Positions 39,201 to 51,200 of a DNA stretch of 64,000 bases are shown in pieces (position 1 is the first letter of the stretch; each line of letters starts with the position of its first letter). The stretch lies in NCBI GenBank assembly GCA_002633005.1, contig NMRA01000304.1, forward strand, positions 275,200 through 339,199, given 5' to 3'. Under the pieces are notes generated by a model that saw only the letters and a list, made by a program, of their open reading frames with translations, did no database searches and was not told the origin of the DNA. A program made the translations under genes and the position numbers. The DNA comes from Phoronis australis. Lineage: Eukaryota > Animalia > Phoronida.

Positions 39201-42200
39201 GAAAAGGGAAATTTATTTAGTTTCTCTAAACAAAAAATGGTGAAACTTTGGGTCCATATTTAACATAGTCTGTACTGTAAAGCTATTTTCAACGACATTT
39301 TGAATTTTAACATGATAAGCATTTGAAAACTAGAAAAAGGGCAATTTCTTGGATTAGTTCTGTCTGAGATTTGAAGACTTTCTTTATCACAGCTCATGCG
39401 TGTATGTTCATTATGTTTTAATGAGTTAACGAAACTTCTCTTCCTGGAACTCATATAAGACCTTACTGTCACATGTTGCTATTAACTGTTACAATGTCAT
39501 TGTGAAAATGCCCAATGGTGAATTTAAATGACTTGAAGTCCAAGATCTTTTAATTTCACCCGCATAGACTGCTGTGTTGGGAATCCGCTGCTACCCTTTG
39601 TTTTTCTTGCATTTTGTTATAGAGTGTTTGCACGGTTCCACCCAAGGAAGATGGCAGAGTTGACGGAGACTGGACTGATGAACTTCACCAGCTTGTTCCT
39701 CACGCTGGCTTTAGCCACCGATACACAGCATGTGGTATGCCTATTGCGCTTCTTATTCATTCTTATAGACACTCTGTGAGATGTCTCGGCTTGTGCAATG
39801 GTGATAGCGAGCATTTCCATGTAGTTCATGTACCCCTGTAATTGAACACTTTAGAAAAAGTTGGTCAGTGCCTGCAATTTTGCTAGTTCATGCAAGTGTT
39901 ACAAAAGCATGAGAAGACGCAAGTTTAAGGTTTCAAAAGCAAAAGCCTCTAAAGTTGTCACTCGCATTTCAATTGTTTTGCAGGTGTCCCGAATGTTTGA
40001 TCTCTACAATTCGCTGCAGCCAGATAACCAACAGGCAGGTTGCTTGTTAGTGGTGTGGCGAGGGATATTCTCTGTCATAATTGTGCTCAGTGAACACGGT
40101 CACTTGTACACACACTTTGCTGACAGAATGCAGACTTCATTCAACAAACTCTGCCTGTAAGTTGGTAATGTAGTTATTTGCTGTGGGAGTGTGTAGTTTA
40201 TGTCCCTGACAATGGACACGTAACTGATATATAGCGCACAGGTTGTAGAAATTAGTGTGTCCATCTTTTTGAAACACATTGACTGTCTTGTAAGATAGGT
40301 CTGTCTGCTGATTGGCTGAAACAGTGTTCGTCAATGCCAGATATAGCATTATCTTGACTAACTTAGTTTGGAAAATCACTTTCATTCATGCTGCCCAGAC
40401 ATTGCTATTTGTGATCTGACTAATCAGATGATGTAGAAACCATAAACCCTGACAACAAAGCAAGCAGACGATGCCAGTGAATCAAAGCAGTTAAGAATAA
40501 GTTAATCTCATAAGGGACGAAAAATCATATGAAACTGGCATCAGTGGTTGTATAATAAAGCTGGTTTAGACCTACCCTTTGGGGCGTATTGGGTCAGATA
40601 GACTTTTGGAAATAAATATAACCTTTGACCTGATATCACCCTCGGGATACGTCCATATTAATTTTGTATACTGATGACCTATAACTACTGTCTTATTGAG
40701 TGGATGTTTATTCTTGGACACTACAGTGTGTACTTTATCATGTGACTGTACTACAGGAAATCTGGCATATATTTTCAAAAAGGAGTGGAATGTTTTACCA
40801 AAACAGCGATAAAATCGAAACTTAATTTTTGCTTGTAGGGAGTTTGCCAAACATTCACAGGCTAGTAAGAGGCATCATTTGTGGTCCCTGGTAACGGTTT
40901 ATGTTGAAGGGATACAGGATGTCTTTGAGAGTGCTTCACAACTCAGCTCAGATGATGCTAAACTTTTGGGTAATTATTCTGTTTCTTGTGTTTATTTAGT
41001 ACTCGCTTCATAAATTCATCCTTACAATTTGAGCTTGTTGCCGGCAAAGACTTTATGATAGCCCCTTTCTGTAAACTTTTCAGATATGTAAATCACAAAT
41101 TTGATTTTTGAATACATATTTTGGTCTTAACATGAATTAATCCCAGTGCTTATGTGACTCAGAGAGGAGAGTGTCGGACTCTTTATCAAAAGGTCGTGGG
41201 TTCAATACCTGAGTTAGAAGTGAATTTATGTAGCAGTGGAGCAAAACACTTAACCTGCTTTGCTCCAGTTGGCTGTATCTATAAATACTGGTTATAGCTT
41301 GAAAGTAACCTATGATACCCTACATTCCTGGGCTGGAGTAGTCCTACATGCTGACTATTCACGATTTGTGAATCTGGAGAATTTATACAGTTGAAGTGAC
41401 TGATGCGAGAAACTATTGTGTTTAACTGATTGATTTATGGTTTGAATTTTTAAAAGACCTTTTACTATCACGCCATTGTAATGCCGCCGGCATGCTATGC
41501 ACAAGTGACACTCATCTCAGCTATTTGCCCATGATTGACTCGGCTGTTTGTGTGCATCACTGAATGGCGTGCGTGAAAAACATTTTTGATGAATTTGTGC
41601 ATCACAGTGAAATCAATAAGCATGAACTTAGTGGTTTATAGATTTCCATCTGCTCACACGGTAAAAGTCTGTTAGCAACTTTAGTTTGGTGGGGAATGTT
41701 TTAAGGCAGTTGGAATTTGGCTTAGGTTATTGCCTGTTGATGTAGTTTGATGCACTTTCAACAATTCATTGTAGTTGCTTTTTATCCACAGTTGTACACT
41801 GGTGTTACATATAGCTGAGAATGTACCTAACCAACCCAATACCTATGGTTGACAGGGTACCCAAACACCCCAATACCTGTGGTTGATAGGGTACACAACT
41901 ACCCCAATACCTATGGCTGACAGGGTACCCAACCACCCCAATACTGGTTGACATTATACCCAAACACCCCAATACCTGTGGTTGATAGGGTACCCAAACA
42001 ACCCAATACCTATGGTTGCCTGGGTACCCAGACACCCCTATACCTGTTGTGTGTGGTCTCTCATTCCCAATTCTTCTTTTGCATTTCCAGGCAGTGGATT
42101 CTCCCAGCTGTTGCCATCATGTAACACAAATGAATTGAGTATTCTACTTTCTTTTCTGCAAATGGTTTTGACAAGGCATAGGTAAGAATTTATAGCAACT

Positions 42201-45200
42201 CTCAGGACAGTAAAATGAATCTCATTTTACAAATTTGATTCTGGGTCCATGTTCCCTTGATCAGTATATAAGTTATTTGTTACTTCGGTCATTAACCAAT
42301 GGCAAAGTTAAGCCATAGTTTGCTCTTATTTCTCTGGCTATTACATCAAGAGTACTCAACTTATGAATTTCAGTGAGCGGGGTTGGTCATGTGAGGAGTG
42401 TATCTTGTAGCTGCATTTGGACCTGTGTATCTGGCGTTTAGTCACAAAATTGTCTCATAATCCTTACTGTCACAAGATTATATTTCCTTTACCAACAAGA
42501 ACATCAAAACCACTTGTGACTCCAGAAAATTCTTCAGAGTTATTGGTCAACCCTAAAATTGTGGAATTAAAAGTGGCACATGTGTGCACAGGGCTCAATG
42601 CTTGGGACAATGTCACTTGGATAAATACGACCTGGTGAAATTCCGAAGTCGTCAAATGGGATCTGAGGTCACCAAGTCTGGTAAGCAAGAGCTGAAAGTG
42701 AAAAACTGACCTCTCCAAATGGTTGTTGGTTTACCCGAGATTGCCTTGAGGTTTTGTTTTGCTTGAACGGAAAATTAGTAGTGTCTTGTGTGCTCTGTGA
42801 CGACCTGTTCCTCTCTTTCGGGTTCTTCTGGTTTTTCCCGAATGATTCTGACTTCTGTCTGTTTAATTACTCTAATGATTTGAGTGCGTGCTCGGATGTA
42901 GCGTGACGACTGTGGCGACCTGGATTTTTACAAGGCCGCGAAATAAGATTTGAGGCTGCATTGGCAACTTGCAGGTTACCAAATCGATTGCTGACACATT
43001 ATCTTTTACTTGAGTTGGTAATGAATGTTACGAGACCGATTCTATGAGCATAACAGCTTTACTTGATTTTTTGTTTTTAGTCAGCTAAACAGGACAAAGT
43101 GCACCTTTAACAATAATGTATTACTTGCATTGTCTAAGATGATTTTAAAATCTGTTGCTGAAGTTCCTTTGTTTTTCAAATGGACAAAGTGCAGTGTTCA
43201 CTCCGGTGTACCTTTTTGTTTGTGTTATATTTCAACAGAAATTATCATTCACAGATTGTTATTCAAAATGTCAGGACCTACCAAGACGGGATTCAGCCAA
43301 GATGTCAAAGGTAAGTGTTCGCTTACTCATGAGGCAGATGAATTTTGTGCAATCAACTCTGCTTCTATTTCATGGTTAGTGCCAACCTCCTAACTCCATC
43401 CAGTGTCCAATCATTGAAACAGCCTTTTCTATTTGACTGACTGTTGTAAATCCTAACTTGTCTTGACTTCTTCTCCAACAGTAATTTATCATTTCTTTCC
43501 AGGCCCAAAAATCAACCCCATTTTTTTGAAATGCGCAATGTCCGGAGCCTGACAAATGGGATGATAGCAGTAATTACTCGAGTCTCTAATGTCAGAATCA
43601 AGAAAATTCAAGTTCAAATTTATGACGCTTTTCTAAGTTGTAATTTTTCATCACCTAACGTGAAAGTATATTTTTCTCTATTTTCCGGATTTTATTTAAA
43701 TTTTGGGCTTTAGAAATTGATTTGGCATGCACCGCTTTGCTTTTCAGCCGTCTCCAATGCCCTGTGGCAGAATTTCTACCCATTTACCAAAGAACATGCC
43801 ACAACCAATACTCCTCCTTCTGTGCTGGCTGATGTGGCGGCCAGCTTCACACTACTAGCCATGGATATGTAAGTACTCTCTTGCAAGGCTGGGATGTCAC
43901 TGCTAGTCGGTGCTTTGTAGAGTGTTGACGTTATTTGGAAAAGTTTGGAATTTGTTGAAATTAGGTCACTTGTTAGGTGTGTTGTTGGAATCGACTGGCG
44001 GAGCTATGACGTATAAAGGTGAACAAGGAAAAATGAATTTATCTGAAAAATTTTGTTAGGGTTATTACACCTGTAAGTTATTGGTGATCTTAAATTTGAG
44101 AATCGCCTTGAATTTTTGTTAAGTTTTGCAGTCATGGCCTTGTAAGGGTGCACGGACAAATTCACGTGTTTATTTTATCCATGTTGCAGGCCACCTGGTC
44201 CCATGTGCACTGTTAAAGAAGATTTGTTGTCTGTGTTCACTTACTTCTGCATTGAAAGCAAAGTAAATGCCAGGTGAGATCTGTGTGACATGTTGCATAA
44301 GAAGGACTCTTCTGTCTGTGGACACAGTTCAGGGCCCTCACTCAGCTGAGGGGAAAGTGCCTGAGCCTTTTGAGAGAGGAATTTTTTGATCGAGGGGAAA
44401 ATCCTGATACCTGGTTCGCCACTCCTCGTTGGCAATGCCTCGAGTAGCCAAAACTAACACTTTGAGGGGAATTTTTTAAACATTGGAAGGAATTTTTTTG
44501 CACTATGAAGGAAATTTCTTGTGATTTTTGGTTACTTTTCATTTGACGATGGGGCCTTATGTCGGGTCCCAAAATTGAAACAGGAGTAGCAATTAGGTTT
44601 ATTAAGTTTGCTTTTATTTTGTTTGAGTTATCTTGGTTCCTCAAAAGTTTGATGAAATTATCATTTCAGACAAGTAAAAATGTATGTGACAAGTTGTCTT
44701 GTGTTCTCCCTGACGTGATTGTGAACCAAGACATTTTGAAATTATTGTAAACAAGGCACAACTGGTCTGTTGAGTCAGCTTGCCCTATCAAATCATTATA
44801 AATTTTATCGTAATCTATTTTGCCCACGGTTCGCCACGAGCTATGTTGCAGAGTAAAACAAGAGGAGGATTGTTATCTTGACTGGCAGAAAAACATCAAA
44901 GTCATACTTTCCATGCATTATGGGAGGTCACATTGACTTTCCAAAATGGTCTTGGATAACACTGGTGTTTACTGAACTAGACTAACCTTTTTGCCTTTTG
45001 CAAGGATGGACTGACTGACTCAATTTAGGCACTGCTTTACAATAGTACCATGCATTGCTGGCAGTTGTCCAAGGCTTAATAATGTGTGTTAATCAATTTT
45101 ACAATTTTCTTGTTGTTTATTTTGTAATTTTCGCCACCAGTGGACGTTTAAATATTGAATAATAATAATATTGCAACTGCCACCACGAGAAGTATTTTGT

Positions 45201-48200
45201 TTGCTATTCCAGCATTAGTAGTCGCTACTTGTGCCACATGCTGGCCAATGATGTCATCAAGAGCCATCTGTTGGAGAAAATCACCAACCTTGAGTTGATC
45301 TTGATCCAGGCATGGTATCGGTGCTGTTTGTTGGCTCCTGACAGTGATGGAGATCAGATACAGGAACTGACGAGGTTAGTGATTATGTCACATCTTTTTG
45401 TTTACATATTTCAATGCTTAACGTAGATTTAAGTGACATTTACATTAATTTGTGGAAAAAAAGAGCTCGCATTGCATAAATTGAAGTGAAGGCTCTGCCA
45501 TGGTCTTTTCTGCGGAAACATGAAGAGGTCATATGAACGTGTAGTGGTGTGTTTTGTTACAGTTGATGGTTTCTCAAGACATGCAGTGTTACTGACTACA
45601 GAGCTGATTGGTGAATGTCAAAGATTTAAAATGTGTGTTGAGTAGGATTGTAAACACCAAATAAGTTTTAGTTAAATCAGTTATTTAAGTTATGCTTTAC
45701 ATTCTACAAGTAAATTTTGCAAAACAGATGATGCGTAAGACCATCTTACTGGGTATGCACAGGCTAAATCTTCGTCTGTCTGTAAAATGGTCGATATTTT
45801 TTCTTACTAAGTCTATCTGCACTTTCTGTTTGGGCCTTGCCTCCGGTAATGACCTTTAACCTTTGTAGACTAATACTGAAGCTGCCAAAGATGAACGAGA
45901 TATTCTGTGACAGTGACCCAGATGACCAGTACACTAATGTGGTCACTCAGTTCATGAAGCTTATTGGACTGAAGTACAGAAGGATGGAGGTTAGTGGCTG
46001 CATGGGGATGTCTAGAGTAGTCATGCTTGTTTGGTTTATTGTGTAAAATGGTATCAGGTGCTTAGTTATGTTGGGCGTAAAATCATTTGGTCAAAACATG
46101 TCCATTTTCAAAGTAAGATAAAATTAGAATTACTGAGCCAGACAAAACAGCTCTAAGCTCCACTCTGACAGAACATTGAAAGACAACTAGGAACCCCTCT
46201 GTTTAAAAAAGTGAAGAAATATGTATACTTGTTATGTCACTCTTTGGGATTTCCTTCCAATGTCGATGTGTCAATGTTATGGGGAGTGTTGGACGGTGTG
46301 AAAGGTTAACTTCAAATCAGAGATAAAATCTCAAGTTAACATTTGTGGATTGAAGAGTGGAGCATTGAGGCTTCAGTGCAGTACGAAATGTTAACACCAT
46401 CGGAGTTATTGGCGTGTAACTCTCATAGACGACGGGTGTTATCTTCTACTGGTATAAGCATTTGTTTTATTATTTTTCGTTATTTGAAATTAATATATGT
46501 TTGTGTATCATTTTCCTGTCTCCACCTGGTGAAACATTCACTGAAACTCGCATCGCGTAATGATATCTGTTAACTATCAAAGCTTGTGAGAAAGCTTAAG
46601 TTAACTTTCAACTTTTCATCTTCGATCCTACTGAAGTTAACTTGGTGGGAAAATGTCTTTTGAATCTTGTAGGGATGGTTACAAAGAATAAAGTATCGTG
46701 ACGAGGCTGTGAAACTGTTTGGGAACGTTTCTGTATGTATAGCACCTGTGCTTAAAACTGGATCCCCCGATGCCGTGAGACATGCGTACAACCTGCTTGG
46801 CCAGCTGTTCAAATACTGTGCGCCTCTACTGTACGTGAAGGTTAGCAATTAGGTTTACTTTCGATTTATTTTCATTGCTACTTGAGGAAATGCAAGACAG
46901 TGATGAAAGTAGACAGACCTCTGCCAAGGCACTGCTACACTTCCATAATGCATTTGCAACTGAATACAGGAAGTAATCTCAAGCATCGTTTCCAACAATG
47001 GTGCATACTGTAGGTGTTTTATCGTATAGATCGGGCTATTGATGAGACCATTTTAATAGCATTTGCTGCCATGTCCCGAAATCTACTTGACTCATCGTTT
47101 CTTTACCTGTTTTCAACTTCTCCAAATTCTCATCAAAACCCATAACTAGTTTTTACCTGCTGACCAAGCGACACACATGCGATGCTGAAACATCTCTTTC
47201 AATTCACCAAGAGAAGCTCTGCATGACAGACTGTCTAAGAACATGTTTTATGGGACTTCATTCACAATTGACGGGCTCCATTGCAGGGCAAGTCTGACAG
47301 CCTCCTTCCACCACTGTTCAACTTGTTACTGAGTCCTGGTAAACCACACACACAGTACATGGCCAACAGCATCAAGAGTTGTCTGTACTTGGTAAGCTAC
47401 AAATATGTACGGTGCTAATGATTGCATGGATCAGTTTGATCCCGAGGTCTGTTTCATGAAAGTGACTTCTAAGAAATTTGATCTTGCGCTCTCACTTCAC
47501 AATTTCTGAAAATGGTTTATCCAAGTAATTATGAGGGCGTCAAAGTCTAGAATTTATAGCAATCATATCTGTAAATACCAGTTATTTGCTTATTCACTTT
47601 TGCTTTAGTGAGATTTAATTATTTTCAAAAATATTTGTGTGGAGCATAAGATCAAATCTCTTACTTAAGTCTCAAGTTGCTTTTCACGAAACAGACCTCT
47701 GATCCTCCGTTGTTGGCATGGTCAGAATTGGCTATGATTTGACTAAGGTTGTGGCTAAGATTGTTAATTTGTTGCTGTAATGTTAAGGTAAATGTGACTG
47801 GCCTGGGGACACTGTCTGTCTTCATCCTGCTTAGTGACATCTTCACTGTCATATGTACCAGACCTTCTACAGGTCTTCAGGTCTTTAAGAGAAACATGTC
47901 ATGCTAGTTTCAATGTTCCCTTTACTTTTCCAAGCCCTATATTTCAGCAGACCCACCTCTTAAAATGTTTGGGACCTGTTTCTTGAAGAGTCTATTGTCT
48001 TTTAACTTTTGGCTAAATTTCGATCTACGGATGGAAAAATGAGGTGAATCTGTGATACTTATATCAATGGAAAATACAAGTTTTTAACCAAGAAATGGTT
48101 TTTATATCTTTGGTTTTGTTTCTTATAACTTATTAAAGTTAGCGCTCAATGTTACGCTTCAGTAAACTTATTTGTGGAGTACTGTTTTGTATAAGAGCAT

Positions 48201-51200
48201 GCATTTTCAGATCATGTATGTTGTAGTTCTTACAAGGCATGTCTCAACTGGACTATCGTAGAGATCCCTACTTGAAGGATATTCTCACGTCCATCATACT
48301 GTTCTCACTCACTAAGCATCAGACTGTAAGTTAGAATCAATTTTTTCTTAAATATCTGTGTCTTGACTATGTTGAAAGTGAAACTGAAAAATTCTAGCGT
48401 GTCGTTTTCAAAATGGACAAAACGTGGTATGGACCTTTGAATGTTACCACGTGACTCACATGTATGGTAAAAGTAAAATTTTTATTTTGGCAACACGACC
48501 ATTCTATTTTTCAAGGTCTTGTTATGTTGTTAAAGACCTTAAAGTTTCACCGCACATTGTTGGTTGATATTTGTGCATTACTTTTCATGGACGTAACGAT
48601 GAAAATCCTTTTCAGGCATCAGCTGCGAACACCCTGACCACGGTGGTTCATCCTCTATTGGTAAGTAGAGACAAATCATGGAATGTTAGTAGTAATGGTT
48701 GTGTCATCCCAACACAATGCATGTTTTGTAGTTTGTTATTGAAGAAAGGAACTTTTTAAAGCATCTAATGAGCACAACTGACTTTTTAACTGTGTACATA
48801 TTATGTGGGTGGATATTACCGTCATCTCTGTCCTTTAAGTTTGTGTAGTGATACTTAATTGAGAACGACATAGCTACAGCATGTTGTATTTCTACTCAAC
48901 AGGTGGCTCTAGCTCCTTCCTGTGGCAAGACACCCTCAGAGGAAGCTGTCCATCTATATTTGTTCACTCTTGAAATTTTGAGAGACAAGTTCTTTAATGT
49001 GAAAGGAAAAGCTGGTTTGGATAGTGCTGTTATGGTATGCATTTTGTTTCGTGGTTATTGAATACTGTTCCTGGTTGATTTGTATCGTTAATGATTTGGA
49101 AGTGAAAGTAATTTTAATACATCACGTATTAGGATTAAATCTGCCATGTGAATGAATCTTTTCAAAGTTAATAAAATATAACTGCTAATGAAGGTGTTGT
49201 AGTAATGGCAGGGATCTTTAAAAAGTGGGAACTTGAGTGTTTTGGATGCTGTCAGGATTTGCAATTNTCCGTTTCGTGAAAGTGACTTCTAAGAAATTTG
49301 ATCTTGCGCTCTCACTTCACAATTTCTGAAAATGGTTTATCCAAGTAATTATGAGGGCGTCAAAGTCTAGAATTTATAGCAATCATATCTGTAACTACCA
49401 GTTATTTGCTTATTCACTTTTGCTTAAGTGAGATTTAATTATTATCAAAAATAGTTGTGTGGAGCATAAGATCAAATCTCTTCCTTAAGTCTAAAGTTGC
49501 TTTTCACAAAACAAATCTCTGATCCTCCGTTGTTGGCATGGTCAGAACTGACTAAGGTTGTGGCTAAGGTTGTGGCTAAGGTTGTTAATTTGTTGCTGTA
49601 ATGTTAAGGTAAATGTGACTGGCCTGGGGACACTGTCTTACTTCATCCTCAGTGACATCTTCACAGTCATATATACCAGACCCTCTACAGGAACTTCAGG
49701 GGCCTGTTCCAAGAAACTGACTTAAGTTCATTTTTGACTTAAGTTTAAGATTTGTCTTAAATTCCAAACTTTGAAACTTCCACATTCTGTTAGTGAAATT
49801 TAAGACAAAACTAACTTCACACAGTTAATTCAAACTTAAGATGTTTCTTGATTGGTTTTGAGACAAATTTATTTTTTGTTTTAAAATTTACTAAAATTTA
49901 GGATTTGTCTTAGCTAAGTCAGTTTTGTTGGAGCGTGCCCCAGGTCTTTAAAAGCAACATGTCATGCCAGTTCCAATGTTCCCTTTACTTTTCCAAGCAC
50001 TATATTTCAGCAGACCCACCTCTGAGAATGTTTGGGACCTGTTTCTTGAAAAGTCTTTTAACTTTTGGCTAAAATTCGGTCTACGGATGGCTCAGCCTGT
50101 TCCACTAAATCAGGCTTAGTCAGAAAAACTTCTTACAAGTTGAAGCCAAAATATAGAAATCCATATCCTGCTAGGGAGCAGATTAAAAGCCCAAGGACAA
50201 AAGTTAACTTTTGGCTATAAACTCTTCTCTCTTAACTCATGGTAGCACAGAATGACACAACATATTTTTGAAAAATAAGGTGAATCTGTGATACTTATAT
50301 CAATGGAAATACACGTTTTTAACCAAGAAATTGTTCTCATATCTTTGGTTTTGTTTCTTATAACTTATTAAAGTTAGCGCTCAATGTTACGCATCAATAA
50401 ACTTATCATGTGGCTTCCTTATCTTATTTGTGGAGTGCTGTTTTCTATAAGAGCATGCATTTTCAGATCATGTTGTATGTTGTAGTTCTTACAAGGCATG
50501 TCTCAACTGGACTATCGTAGAGATCCCTACTTGAAGGATATTCTCACGTCCATCATACTGTTCTCGCTCACTAAGCATCAGACTGTAAGTTAGAATCAAT
50601 TTTTTCTTAAATATCTGTGTCTTGACTATGTTGAAAGTGAAACTGAAAAATTCTAGCGTGTCGTTTTCAAAATGGACAAAACGTGGTATGGACCTTTGAA
50701 TGTTACCACGTGACTCACATGTATGGTAAAAGTAAAATTTTTATTTTGGCAACACGACCATTCTATTTTTCAAGGTCTTGTTATGTTGTTAAAGACCTTA
50801 AAGTTTCACCGCACATTGTTGGTTGATATTTGTGCATTACTTTTCATGGACGTAACGATGAAAATCCTTTTCAGGCATCAGCTGCGAACACCCTGACCAC
50901 GGTGGTTCATCCTCTATTGGTAAGTAGAGACAAATCATGGAATGTTAGTAGTAATGGTTGTGTCATCCCAACACAATGCATGTTTTGTAGTTTGTTATTG
51001 AAGAAAGGAACTTTTTAAAGCATCTAATGAGCACAACTGACTTTTTAACTGTGTACATATTATGTGGGTGGATATTACCGTCATCTCTGTCCTTTAAGTT
51101 TGTGTAGTGATACTTAATTGAGAACGACATAGCTACAGCATGTTGTATTTCTACTCAACAGGTGGCTCTAGCTCCTTCCTGTGGCAAGACACCCTCAGAG

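Noticed and set aside
41822-42048. CRISPR-like 35-bp array
   Set aside because: Head-to-tail minisatellite without unique spacers, in a eukaryotic intron.
43239-43310. Upstream acceptor at 43237-38 for an MMS22L exon
   Set aside because: It breaks phase with the next exon; the acceptor at 43253-54 restores frame.
48571-51018. Duplicated 62-aa ORFs as a small gene pair
   Set aside because: Each is a 45-nt MMS22L exon plus intron read-through inside the duplicated segment.
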